Positions 20,650 through 30,136 of a DNA stretch of 64,000 bases are shown here, piece by piece. The position numbers and the translations under genes are program-made. The notes beneath the pieces were generated by a model that saw nothing but the letters and a program-made list of their open reading frames with translations, did not search any database and had not been told where the DNA came from. Origin of the DNA: an uncultured Methylomirabilota bacterium. Its GTDB lineage: Bacteria > Methylomirabilota > Methylomirabilia > Methylomirabilales > 2-02-FULL-66-22. Each line of letters begins with the position of its first letter. The stretch's first letter is position 1. Location: positions 1,344,001 through 1,408,000 of the forward strand of contig CAWJSJ010000002.1 of the NCBI GenBank assembly GCA_963845565.1, in the 5' to 3' direction.

Positions 20650-21937
20650 ATGGTCCTCATACTCTTCTTTTCCATCTTCTTCTTCACCCTGATCGTCAGC
20701 GCACCTATCTTCTTCAGCCTCGGGCTCAGTGCGATCGCTTTGCTCTGGAACAAGGGAATGCTCTCTCCTCAGCTCGTGGTCCAGCGCATGTTCGCCGGGA
20801 TGGACTCTTTCCCCATGATGGCGATCCCGTTCTTCATGCTGGCCGGCGCCCTCATGGATACCGGCGGAATCTCCAGCCGCCTCGTGCGATTCTCGAATTA
20901 TCTGGTGGGGTGGATCCAGGGCGGGCTGGCGCACGTGGCCATCGTGGCCGCCATGTTCTTCGCGGGGATCACGGGGTCCGCCGTGGCCGACACCACGGCC
21001 ATCGGCTCGGCCTTGGTTCCGCTCATGAACAAGCGCGGGTTCCCCAAGCTCTTCTCGGCCAGCGTGGTAGCTGCGGCCGGCGTGGTCGGACCGATCATCC
21101 CCCCCAGCATACCCATGGTCATCTACAGCGTCATGGCAAGCGTCTCCGTGGGTGCGATGTTCCTGGGGGGATTCATCCCCGGCTTCCTGATGGGATTGGG
21201 GCTGATGTTCGTGGCCTATATCAAGGCCAAGCGGAACGGGTATCCCCGAGAAGCGGTCCGGCCGACGGGGAAAGAGTTCCTCCAGGCTACGGTGAGCGCC
21301 ATGGGGGCCATCTTCATGCCGCTCATCATCCTGGGTGGGATCTTCGGCGGCGTGTTCACCGCCACCGAGGCGGCCGTGGTCGCGACTATCTACGCGTTCA
21401 TCATGGGCAAGTTCGTGTACAAGGAGCTGGAGTGGCGCCATCTGCCGACCATCATGTACAAGGGGGGACTGAACACCGCGATGGTGTTGATCATCGTGGG
21501 TGTGGCGAACCTGGTCGGCTATATCATGGCGATCGAGCGCATCCCGCTCATGGTGGCGGAGCTGTTCCTGGGCATCACCGACAACAAGTGGGTGATGATG
21601 CTCCTGATCAACATCCTGCTCCTGATCGTCGGCTGCTTCATTGACGGCGCCTCGGCCCTGATCATCTTCACGCCGGTGCTCCTGCCCCTGATCTACAAGC
21701 TGGGAATCGATCCCATCTATTTCGGCGTGGTGATCACGCGTGAACCTCATGATCGGGACAATCACGCCGCCCGTCGGCGTCTGCCTGTACGTGGCCTGCG
21801 GCATCTCGGATGTCCGATTGGATCAGATCAGCAAGGCGGTCATCCCGTTCCTGCTGATCGAGATCGCCGTCCTGCTCCTCATCACCTATTTCCCGGATAT
21901 CATCATGTTCCTGCCGCGGTTGTTCGGACCGAAGTAG
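20650..21937 (+). CDS. dctM: TRAP large permease (frameshift ~21740)
   Basis: TGSAVAD, IPPSIP, TATEAA; ITPPVG continues in 21740..21937 frame. Confidence 0.92.
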
Positions 21938-21943
21938 GACACT

Positions 21944-22049
21944 GGTTCGGCAGTTCGACGGTTCGATAGTTCGGCAGTATCCGAGCGCCGGACGCGTAAC
22001 TGCCGGACCATCGAACCGCCGAACCGTCGAACTGTCGAACCGCAGAACC
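21944..22049. repeat. 8-mer-period palindromic repeat (RGTTCGRY)n...(YCGAACYG)n
   Basis: ggttcggc agttcgac ggttcgat agttcggc ... tcgaaccg ccgaaccg tcgaactg; second copy 39055-39118. Confidence 0.85.
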
Positions 22050-22061
22050 AAGGAGTCGTTC

Positions 22062-22892
22062 ATGAATCGCATCGTCTCCGTCAGCACCATGGCCTTCGAC
22101 GGTTACTCGCTGGAGGTCGCCCTGGACGAACTGGCTGCGCTCGGCGTGAAGTACGTCGAGCCGGCCAGCGTGGACAAGATCTTTCAGCACCTCGTCGAAG
22201 AGGACTTCTGCGACAGCCGGGCGGTGTGGCTACGGAACCAACTGTCGGCCCGACGACTGTCCTGTCTGTCGTTGTCGGTCCACATGGACCTCACAGGGTC
22301 GGACGCGGTCGAGCGGTTCCACCGGCGCCTCGAATTCGCCCGAAACATCGGCGCGCGCTGCGTGAACTCCATCGCGGGGCCGGCGGGGAAGCTGGAGGAG
22401 TTCCGGAAGAACATTCCGGCCATCGCCGACCGGGCGAGGGACCTGGGCGTCATGATCGCCCTGGAAAACCACGGGGACCTGTTGGACCGGGAGCAGCAAG
22501 TCCTGGATTTCATCCGGGAGGTCAACCACCCCGCGATCCGGGTCAATTACGATACGGGGAACGCGTGGTATTACTCCAAGGGGGCCATCAACCCCGTGGA
22601 GGAGTTGGCTCTGCTGGCGCCGGTAGTGGCGCACGTGCATGTGAAGACGCCGAAGATCGTGGACGGCCTCCTGCGCTGGGTGGCCCTTGGCGAGGGTATC
22701 CTCGACCTGCCGGCGCTCGCCCGCGTGTTGAACGAGCAGATGCCCGGCGTTCCCGTGAGCTACGAACTCTCTCCCCGCCAGCGGTCTCGCGACTTCGAGC
22801 CCCGCTGGCGCACTCCCGAGATCCCACCCCTCGCCGAGCTCCGCGAGACGATCGCACGGTCGCTTCAGGCACTGAATCGCGCACTCTCGTAA
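22062..22892 (+). CDS. Sugar phosphate isomerase/epimerase (AP endonuclease 2 TIM barrel)
   Basis: ALENHG, YDTGN, HVHVK, GEGILD. Confidence 0.9.
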   Translation: MNRIVSVSTMAFDGYSLEVALDELAALGVKYVEPASVDKIFQHLVEEDFCDSRAVWLRNQLSARRLSCLSLSVHMDLTGSDAVERFHRRLEFARNIGARCVNSIAGPAGKLEEFRKNIPAIADRARDLGVMIALENHGDLLDREQQVLDFIREVNHPAIRVNYDTGNAWYYSKGAINPVEELALLAPVVAHVHVKTPKIVDGLLRWVALGEGILDLPALARVLNEQMPGVPVSYELSPRQRSRDFEPRWRTPEIPPLAELRETIARSLQALNRALS

Positions 22893-22948
22893 GGGAAGTT
22901 CCACCCGTGGAACCTGGAGGGTGCGGCTGGACAACTCACGGACTGGGC

Positions 22949-23058
22949 TTGACATCCTGAAGGGGGATTGGGTAGCCTCCTGCTTGGTTCGTCCTCTGAG
23001 CTGGGTGGTTCCGGCAGGAGACGCCAGGTGCCCACGGAAGGTCGTCCCAGGATTGCGC
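22949..23058 (+). promoter_or_regulatory. Promoter plus structured 5' leader (candidate riboswitch/attenuator)
   Basis: TTGACA-18 nt-TAGCCT; nested stems ctggg/cccag and ttccg/cggaa; followed by a terminator before the RBS. Confidence 0.5.
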
Positions 23059-23099
23059 ACGCCCTTGTCGGTCCGACCAGACCGGCGAGGGCGTTTTTT
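23059..23099 (+). terminator. Intrinsic terminator in leader of the 23147 gene
   Basis: acgcccttgtcggtc/gaccggcgagggcgt stem (2 G-U) followed by T run. Confidence 0.85.
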
Positions 23100-23146
23100 G
23101 TTGTTCCAGCTTTTCCGTGTCTCATCCTAAACCCAAGGAGGTGGCC

Positions 23147-24070
23147 ATGAAACGTTTCGTCGTATCGCTCGCGGTCTTGATGCTGTGCCTGGGGACGCTG
23201 GCCAGTGCGGTGGACGCCGGGGAAAAGGTCGTCCTGCCGCGCTACCCGGATCTGAAGATCGGGATCACCACGGCAAATCTGCTCAAGTTCATGCCGGTCA
23301 ACTTGGCCAACGCCAAGAAGTACGTGGACTTCGCAGTGGACCACGGATTCTCCTATGTCGAGCTGCGGGATCCCGTGGCGTCACTCACGCTGGCCGAGTG
23401 TAAGGAGATCGCGGTGTATGCCAAGCAGCGGGACATTGACATGTCCTACGCGGTGAATGTCGGGATTCTGGATCCCAACTACATGGAGGTTTTCTCCCGG
23501 GCCGTGGCCAACGCGGCAGTGTTTGACGGCCCCCGCACCATTCGTACCGCCCTCCCGGGCCTGGAATTCGCGAACAACGAGAAGAAGACGGCGTGGACCT
23601 TCGCCGAGTTCACCAAGCTCGTGGAAACGGCCAACCAAGCGGCAAACATGGCCAAGATGCTCGGGCTGCAGTACGTAGTCGAGAATGCCCTGGAAGTGCT
23701 GAAGGGCGACGGTGTGACCAGCTTCGGGACGACCGAATTCTTCGCCAACGCGAATGCCAACGTCGGCTTCCAGCTCGACACGGCGAACTTCTTCGCCGTC
23801 GCGCGCGTGCCCGGCAAGGTCGACCCGGTGCGAGGTTTCTTTGCGGGCATCGCGCCGCGAATGGGCTATATGCACCTCAAGACGGCGACCAAGGATGGCA
23901 AGCAGTCGCCGGTCCTGGCCGAGAATCCGCTGATCTTCGAGATCGTCTTCTGGGAGGCCGTCAAGCACAAGAAGCCCTACGTGGCGATCGAACTGTTCCC
24001 GCCCGACACCATGGAGCAGGTCCAGGCGAACCACAAGGCGAGCATCGCGTACTTGATGCAGAATTTCTAG
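23147..24070 (+). CDS. Exported xylose-isomerase-like TIM-barrel protein
   Basis: AAGGAGGT RBS; Sec signal peptide; VELRD, VEN, LDTAN, YMHLK, IEL. Confidence 0.8.
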   Translation: MKRFVVSLAVLMLCLGTLASAVDAGEKVVLPRYPDLKIGITTANLLKFMPVNLANAKKYVDFAVDHGFSYVELRDPVASLTLAECKEIAVYAKQRDIDMSYAVNVGILDPNYMEVFSRAVANAAVFDGPRTIRTALPGLEFANNEKKTAWTFAEFTKLVETANQAANMAKMLGLQYVVENALEVLKGDGVTSFGTTEFFANANANVGFQLDTANFFAVARVPGKVDPVRGFFAGIAPRMGYMHLKTATKDGKQSPVLAENPLIFEIVFWEAVKHKKPYVAIELFPPDTMEQVQANHKASIAYLMQNF

Positions 24071-24075
24071 CCTGG

Positions 24076-24217
24076 CAGGCCGCTGAAAAAGGCCACCTGC
24101 TGCGTTGGCGTGCTCGGGCGTCCGTTGCGGCGTACAGGAAGTACGCCTTGACCCACCTTCGGTGGGTAGCCCGCCCTTTGCCCGCCGCCTGGCATCTGGA
24201 CCTTTTTGAGCAGCCTG
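24076..24217 (+). repeat. Repeat family A, copy 4 (with mini-hairpin)
   Basis: 5 nt after TAG stop; contains acccaccttcggtgggt. Confidence 0.88.
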
Positions 24218-24396
24218 GGGAAAAGGTTCTTCCACAACCTGCCACGACGCCTTCGGGTCTCGCGGCGGGGAGTTCCCGGCTGGGGATTCCCCGCCGTCGC
24301 TGTCTTGTGAGTAGCCGTCGAGGCGGCAATTGACGGCCCAGCGTTCCTTTGATAGGGTTTCCGCGTTCCCTCCCCCTTTGCTTCCGGGAGTTTCCC

Positions 24397-25140
24397 ATGG
24401 CGGATCGCGGAGGCGTGCATTTCTTCCTGTACGAAAACTGCCTGATTCGGGTACCCACCGACGATCTGGTTCCGAAGTTCGGCAGCCTACTCCTGGCGCG
24501 GCATCTTCCCCTCCAGCCTGACGACGTGGTGCTCGACCTGGGGACAGGCGCCGGCTTGATCGGCGTCCTCGCCGCGCGGTGCGGCCACCGGGTGGTGGCC
24601 ACGGACGTGGTGGAGGCGTATGCGAAATGCGCCAGGGCGAATGTTCTCCTGAACGGCGTCGGCGACCGGGTCGAGGTGTGCGTCGGGGATCTCTTCGGCC
24701 CCGTGGCCGACCGAACGTTCGATCTGATTGCCGCCAATCCTCCGGAGATGCCGACGCCGCCGGATCAGGCGTGGGATGACTCGTTGGCCCGGATGGATAA
24801 CGGCGGGCCGGATGGTTGGCTGCTGCTGGAACGGATCATCCAGGAGGGGCCGGCGTATCTGGCGCCCGGCGGCCGGCTGGTCTTCACGCTGTTCGGGTTT
24901 CTCGGTGTCGAGCGGGCGCTGGAGAAACTGCGCGCGGCCGGGCTGGTGCCGAGTGTGCTCGCCCGCGACGAGCAGCCGTTTCCCCGGATCGCCCGCGAGC
25001 GGCTGGAGTATATCCGGAGCGTCAGCCCGGAGGCTGCATCGCTGGAAGGCAGGCCGGCGACGTGCGCCCGGCTGGTCATTTGCGGAACCAAGCCGTTGTC
25101 GCAAAATGACTTGACCGGAGAAAATCCGGGGACAGCATAA
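24397..25140 (+). CDS. Class I SAM-dependent methyltransferase, HemK-like
   Basis: LDLGTGAG, GDLF, NPPE; last ~16 codons come from repeat B. Confidence 0.88.
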   Translation: MADRGGVHFFLYENCLIRVPTDDLVPKFGSLLLARHLPLQPDDVVLDLGTGAGLIGVLAARCGHRVVATDVVEAYAKCARANVLLNGVGDRVEVCVGDLFGPVADRTFDLIAANPPEMPTPPDQAWDDSLARMDNGGPDGWLLLERIIQEGPAYLAPGGRLVFTLFGFLGVERALEKLRAAGLVPSVLARDEQPFPRIARERLEYIRSVSPEAASLEGRPATCARLVICGTKPLSQNDLTGENPGTA

Positions 25141-25194
25141 GTAGCCGTAACGAAATTGCAGAACATTGCCAAGCTATTTCGTAACCGCCCCTAA
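25089..25194 (+). repeat. Repeat family B, copy 2
   Basis: aagccgttgtcgcaaa...atttcgtaaccgcccctaa. Confidence 0.85.
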
Positions 25195-25220
25195 CAGGAT
25201 TCTGAAAGCTCGTTCTTGCC

Positions 25221-25363
25221 CAGGCTGCTCAAAAAGGCCCAGGTGCAAGACGGCGCGCGATGCGCGGGGTACCCACCGAAGGTGGGTCAAGGCGTACTCC
25301 AGGTACGCCGCAACGAGTGCGCGAGCAAGCCAACACGGCAGATGGGCCTTTTTCAGCAGCCTG
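25221..25363 (-). repeat. Repeat family A, copy 5 (with mini-hairpin)
   Basis: Reverse orientation; preceded by TAG on - strand. Confidence 0.88.
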
Positions 25364-25377
25364 CTAAGGAGTAACGT

Positions 25378-26157
25378 GTGGCGAAATACCTGATCGTGAA
25401 CGCCGACGACTTCAATCTGACCGAGGGGGTGACCCGCGGAATCCTGGACGGACACCGGAACGGGATTATCACCAGCACCACCGTCATGGTGAATCTCCCC
25501 GGCCTGGCCCGCACCCGGGATGTGGCGCAGGAGACGCCCGGACTTGGCCTGGGGCTGCACGTCAACCTGACGCTGGGCGCGCCCGTGCTTTCCGCAGCGA
25601 CGGTCCCGTCGCTGGTAGATGTGAACGGATGTTTCGTCCGGGACCGGAACCAGGTGGGCGAGGTCGGTGTCCCCTCTGAACTCCGGGATGAAGTCGCCGC
25701 CCAGGCCAACCGGTTCGAAGCGGTCTTCGGACGCCGGCCGACTCACCTGGACACGCATTACCACATGCACCGGCTTCCCCGGGTGCTGACGGCGGTGTTG
25801 GATGTGGCGGCCGATCTCCGGGTGCCCGTGCGAGCCGTCACGGCCGAGATGGCTCCTGAGATCCGTCGCCGGGGTGTGGTGGCCCCGGATCGGATGGTGG
25901 GCGATGTAGGCGCCGATGCCTACTGGACGGCGGAGACGCTGCTCGCATTCCTCGAGGCACTGGAGGATGGCGTGACCGAGCTGATGTGCCACCCCGGCTA
26001 TGCGGATGAGGCGCTGGCCGTCAGCAGCTACTGCGCGCAGCGCGAGGGCGAGCTGCGCGGGCTTTCCGATCCGCGAGTGAAGGCCGCCGTGGCGGCCGCC
26101 GGCGCTCGGCTGATCAGCTATCGAGAGCTGTCCGCAGTAATGGGGGCGTCGGCGTGA
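25378..26157 (+). CDS. ChbG/YdjC-family carbohydrate deacetylase
   Basis: NADDF, GLHVNL, HLDTHYH, ELMCHPG. Confidence 0.92.
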   Translation: MAKYLIVNADDFNLTEGVTRGILDGHRNGIITSTTVMVNLPGLARTRDVAQETPGLGLGLHVNLTLGAPVLSAATVPSLVDVNGCFVRDRNQVGEVGVPSELRDEVAAQANRFEAVFGRRPTHLDTHYHMHRLPRVLTAVLDVAADLRVPVRAVTAEMAPEIRRRGVVAPDRMVGDVGADAYWTAETLLAFLEALEDGVTELMCHPGYADEALAVSSYCAQREGELRGLSDPRVKAAVAAAGARLISYRELSAVMGASA

Positions 26158-27155
26158 CCGGGTCGGAGCCCGGCGTGATCGTGGCCGTGGATGTGGGGGG
26201 CACCGGATTCGCCGGCGGTCTCGTGGATCCGTCCGGTGGGATCGTGAGTTCCCGAACGGTGGCCGCGCATCGGTTCGGGCGCGGGGACGGGATCCTGAAG
26301 AACCTGCTGGAGCTCGTGGCTGGCCTGGAGGACGAGGCCCAGCGCGCCGATCTGCCGGTGCGCGGAATTGGTGTCGGCGTCCCGGGGGCGGTGGAGGAAA
26401 CGACCGGGCGGATCGGTCCCGACATCCAGAACCTCCCGGAATTGGGAAACATCCCTCTTCGATCCGTGCTCCAGGAGCGTACGGGCCTTCGCGTGGCGGT
26501 AGACAACGACGTGAACGCGCTCTCCCTGGCGGAGTGGACTTTCGGCCAGGCGACCGGGCTTCGCAATGTGGCCATGGTCGCTGTGGGGACGGGCGTGGGC
26601 GGCGGCCTGATCCTCAACGGCGCGCTGGTCCGGGGGGCCGGCGGTTATGCGGGAGAGGTGGGTCACATTCCCGTGGAGCTGGACGGCCGTCGTTGCTTCT
26701 GCGGGAGCCGGGGGTGCGTGAAGGCGTATGCCTCCGGTCCCGATATCGTGGCCCAGGTGCGGGACCTGCTCGCCGACCAGCCGTCCGCCGTCTTTGATTC
26801 GCTGACCGGGGGGGACCAGTCCCGCATCGATCCGCCCCTCGTCTTCCGCGCCGCTGATCGGGGTGATCCGGTGGCGGAAGCTGTGGTGGCGAAGGCGGCA
26901 CAGGCGCTGGGGGCCGGCGTTGCCGCACTCGTCAACCTGTGCAACCCGGAGATGATCATCCTGGGCGGCGGGGTGATGGAGGCGGGCGAGATCTTGGTGG
27001 AGCCTGTGCGACGCTGGGCGCGCTTCTACGCCTTCGAGCGTGCTGTGGCCAAGACGCGGATCGTCCGGTCCGGCCTCTCCAAGGCATCCGGGGTCCTGGG
27101 CGCCGCAGCCCTGTTCCTTTACGAAGCGCGGCGTCGAGGCGAAGTGTGCTCTTGA
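26154..27155 (+). CDS. ROK family sugar kinase
   Basis: DVGGT, DNDVN, GTGVGGG, GEVGH, CFCGSRGC. Confidence 0.93.
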   Translation: MTGSEPGVIVAVDVGGTGFAGGLVDPSGGIVSSRTVAAHRFGRGDGILKNLLELVAGLEDEAQRADLPVRGIGVGVPGAVEETTGRIGPDIQNLPELGNIPLRSVLQERTGLRVAVDNDVNALSLAEWTFGQATGLRNVAMVAVGTGVGGGLILNGALVRGAGGYAGEVGHIPVELDGRRCFCGSRGCVKAYASGPDIVAQVRDLLADQPSAVFDSLTGGDQSRIDPPLVFRAADRGDPVAEAVVAKAAQALGAGVAALVNLCNPEMIILGGGVMEAGEILVEPVRRWARFYAFERAVAKTRIVRSGLSKASGVLGAAALFLYEARRRGEVCS

Positions 27156-27254
27156 CGACGACGGGTAATCGCGCGATCCTCGGAGGAAGAAACGAGGTGT
27201 CGTTCGTCCTCCGCTTCCCGAGAGGGAGGGGGTTTGAAAAAGGAGCGAGGTGCC

Positions 27255-28970
27255 ATGGACGTCTGGCGTGTCAACCTGCGTGAACAGTCGTTGAAGCGAG
27301 AGCCCGTCCCGGAAACGTGGGAACGTTTGGGTGGGCGCGGGCTGTCGGCCCGCATCCTGCTGGACGAGGTGCCCGCGACCTGCGAGCCGCTCGGACGGCA
27401 CAACAAGCTGGTGCTGGCGCCCGGCCTGATCGTGGGCCACATGCTCTCGAGTTGCGACCGGCTGTCGTTCGGAGCCAAGAGCCCCATGACCCGCGGTGTC
27501 AAAGAGGCGAACGCGGGCGGCTCCACCGGGCTTCACATGACCAATCTGGGGATGAAGGCGTTGATTCTTGAAGACCAGTGCGCCACGGATGGCACTGCGC
27601 GGTCGGGGTGGTGGGTGCTCCATCTCAGCCTGGCGGGCGCGCGATTCGAGCCGGCGGACGACGTGGCCGGCCTGGGGGTCCACGAGGCGGCGCCTAGGCT
27701 TCTGAAGCGGTACGGCGACAAGGTGGCCATCGCGCTGATCGGGCCGGCGGGCGAGATGTTGCTCTCGGCGGCCGGGATCCAGAACCTGGACAAGGATCGG
27801 GTGCCCTCGCGCATCGCGGCCCGCGGGGGACTGGGTGCGGTGATGGGATCGAAGCGCCTCAAGGCCATCGTCTTCGACGATACGGGTGGGAAGAAGCCGG
27901 CCATCGCCAACCGGGAAGCGTTCAAGGCGGCGCAGAAACTCTTCACGAACAACACGCTGGCGCATCCCCAGACCAAGACCTACCAGGAGTACGGCACGCC
28001 CGCCATGGTGCGGACGTGCAACGCGTTCGGCGGTCTGCCGACGCGGAATTTCAGCAGCGGCCAGTTCGAGGGGGCCGAGACGATCAGTGGGGAGACCATG
28101 CGCGACCTGCTCCTCAAGCGGGGCGGGGAGAGCGAGACGACCCACGCCTGCATGGCCGGCTGCGTCATCCAGTGCTCCAACACCTATGGTGGTGAGGACG
28201 GCAAGGCGATCGTCTCGCCGCTGGAGTATGAGACGATCGGCCTCCTCGGATCGAATCTGGGGATCGCCGACCTGGACACCATCGCCCGGCTGAACTGGGA
28301 GGTGAGCGACCTCGGGCTGGACACCATTGATATGGGCGCCGCGCTGGGCGTCGCTGCCGAGGCGGGGTTGATGGAGTTCGGCGACGGCGAGCGAGGGCTG
28401 CAGCTCCTGGCGGAGATTCGCAAGGGCACGCCGCTGGGGCGAATCCTGGGGCACGGAGCGGCGATGGCGGGGCGGGTGCTCGGCGTCCTGCGGGTGCCTG
28501 TGGTCAAGGGGCAGGCCATGTCGGCCTACGAGCCGCGCGCCATCAAGGGGACGGGCACGACCTATGTGACCTCGCCGCAGGGGGCGGACCACACCGCGGG
28601 GAACACCGTCCGGGCCAAGGTGGATCATCTGGACGCCAAGGCGAATATCGCGACGTCGCGGGCGGCGCAGATCAACATGGCAGGCTTCGACACGCTGGGC
28701 GCGTGCATCTTCGCCGGCTTCGGGTTCAACGTGAACCCCGAGGTGATTCCGGACATCTTGAACGCCCGCTACGGGTGGCAGGTGGGCGCCGATATCCTGC
28801 AGGTGCTGGGAAAAGAAACGATCACACTGGAGCGAGAGTTCAACCGGCGGGCGGGCTTCACCGCCGCGGACGACCGGATTCCCGAGTACATGCGGACCGA
28901 GCCGCTCCCACCGCACAATGCGGTGTACGACGCCTCGGACGCGGATCTGGATAGCGTGTTCAATTGGTAG
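27255..28970 (+). CDS. Aldehyde:ferredoxin oxidoreductase family (W/Mo-pterin)
   Basis: KSPMTRGVKEANAGG, ARGGLGAVMGSKRLKA, CMAGCVIQC, LEYET, GLDTI. Confidence 0.93.
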   Translation: MDVWRVNLREQSLKREPVPETWERLGGRGLSARILLDEVPATCEPLGRHNKLVLAPGLIVGHMLSSCDRLSFGAKSPMTRGVKEANAGGSTGLHMTNLGMKALILEDQCATDGTARSGWWVLHLSLAGARFEPADDVAGLGVHEAAPRLLKRYGDKVAIALIGPAGEMLLSAAGIQNLDKDRVPSRIAARGGLGAVMGSKRLKAIVFDDTGGKKPAIANREAFKAAQKLFTNNTLAHPQTKTYQEYGTPAMVRTCNAFGGLPTRNFSSGQFEGAETISGETMRDLLLKRGGESETTHACMAGCVIQCSNTYGGEDGKAIVSPLEYETIGLLGSNLGIADLDTIARLNWEVSDLGLDTIDMGAALGVAAEAGLMEFGDGERGLQLLAEIRKGTPLGRILGHGAAMAGRVLGVLRVPVVKGQAMSAYEPRAIKGTGTTYVTSPQGADHTAGNTVRAKVDHLDAKANIATSRAAQINMAGFDTLGACIFAGFGFNVNPEVIPDILNARYGWQVGADILQVLGKETITLEREFNRRAGFTAADDRIPEYMRTEPLPPHNAVYDASDADLDSVFNW

Positions 28971-29212
28971 TCACCGTTTATCTGCACACCACACTGCAAC
29001 GACGGACGGCGGCGGGAGCGCTACGGCGTCTTGACGTGGCGCTCCCGGACGCGAGCACGCTCGCCGAATTGCTGGATCATGTAGCGGTTCCCCGCAATGA
29101 CGAGTCCATCCTGCTGGTGGTGAATGGCCGCCAGGCCGTCGAGGCTCAGGTCCTGACGAACGGCGACGAAGTCCATCTGATCCCCGCCCTCTCCGGGGGC
29201 GCGCCCGTCTGA
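28964..29212 (+). CDS. MoaD/ThiS-family sulfur carrier
   Basis: VVNG..L..GDEV..IPALSGG, followed by APV. Confidence 0.85.
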   Translation: MVVTVYLHTTLQRRTAAGALRRLDVALPDASTLAELLDHVAVPRNDESILLVVNGRQAVEAQVLTNGDEVHLIPALSGGAPV

Positions 29213-29479
29213 TTCCGACCGATCTATCCGCCGCATCGGCATTGCGCTGTTTCCCAAAAAACGGCAGTCCGGGTGACGGCCTGCCGGTAATGGTGTGCGA
29301 ATTCCTGCGGAAACACCCCGTCGATTATTCTCGTCGCTTTCCAGAGTCCATCCCCTCGACCGCCGTGCGACTCAATGAATACAATCTATTGGACGAGCGT
29401 CGTTTATACAGATGTTGGCGATGCGCCCCTCAAGCGCACGCCGGTTCGGTTCTTGCAAACCTTATTGGTCGTAATTTGA

Positions 29480-29508
29480 TTGACAGCCAAACGTATGTAT
29501 GGTATTCA
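29480..29508 (+). promoter_or_regulatory. Sigma70-like promoter
   Basis: TTGACA-17 nt-TATTCA with TG extension. Confidence 0.55.
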
Positions 29509-29577
29509 GAGAGGTATCGAGGACGCCGTAAAGGAGAACAGGCGCCTGGCTCGCGTCAGAGAGAGGGGAGGACAAAC

Positions 29578-29868
29578 ATGGGGACTGTGCTGAAAGCGCC
29601 GATAACCAGAACACGTCGGAAGGTTTCGAACGCGCACGATGTCACGGACCTCGAATCGCTCATCATTGCCATGGGTAAGCGGCTGCAGGCGGAGTACATC
29701 GAAGGGGCCATCCCGTACTTCCGACAGCGAGAGCCGGAGTTGTGGGCGAAGCTGGAGGTCCTGGATCGAGAGGAATCGCTGGAGGCGCTTCTGGAATACG
29801 AGCGGCTCTTCTTCGAGGGACTCCATCGGTACGTGACCTTCTTGAGCGGGGAACGAAAGGCGGCCTAA
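29578..29868 (+). CDS. Hypothetical helical protein (96 aa)
   Basis: GGAGGA RBS, own promoter; TAA stop within repeat B end. Confidence 0.7.
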   Translation: MGTVLKAPITRTRRKVSNAHDVTDLESLIIAMGKRLQAEYIEGAIPYFRQREPELWAKLEVLDREESLEALLEYERLFFEGLHRYVTFLSGERKAA

Positions 29869-29895
29869 GCCGTTGTCATTCGTAACGGCTCCCAA
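29865..29895 (+). repeat. Repeat family B, collapsed copy (ends only)
   Basis: ctaagccgttgtca joined to ttcgtaacggctcc. Confidence 0.75.
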
Positions 29896-30136
29896 CGTCC
29901 GCGCATCGTACCGGGCGCGGCGCTCGATTCCGAATTCCCTGGTGCGTCCCGGCCCTCTGCCGTTTTCGGTTGGTCGCATCTGACCTGACCGGACCGAGTC
30001 TCACCGAATTCCCCAATCTTCCTCGTTCGTTCCGATTCACCACGGCAGCAGTTGAATCCCGCGGAGGGGTTTGCTACTCTCGCCGCGCCATGCCACAGGA
30101 CATCCTTGCCAGTTCGCATCCCGACCCGCGGTTGCC

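Noticed and set aside
21944..22049. Short repeats as a CRISPR array
   Set aside because: 8-nt tandem units without unique spacers; no cas genes.
22898..22913. GTTCCAC-CC-GTGGAAC as parS, or nearby TPP-like words
   Set aside because: Two extra central bases versus parS; TPP-like segments are in the wrong order and lack CTGAGA. May still be an operator.
23000..23015. GGGTGGTTCCG as a T-box
   Set aside because: Mismatch to GGTGGNACC, no room for Stem I, downstream gene unrelated to amino acids.
26118..28916. Long antisense ORFs (also 10754-12823, 14021-16087, 47148-49787, 58475-61234)
   Set aside because: Shadow ORFs of high-GC genes; no motifs.
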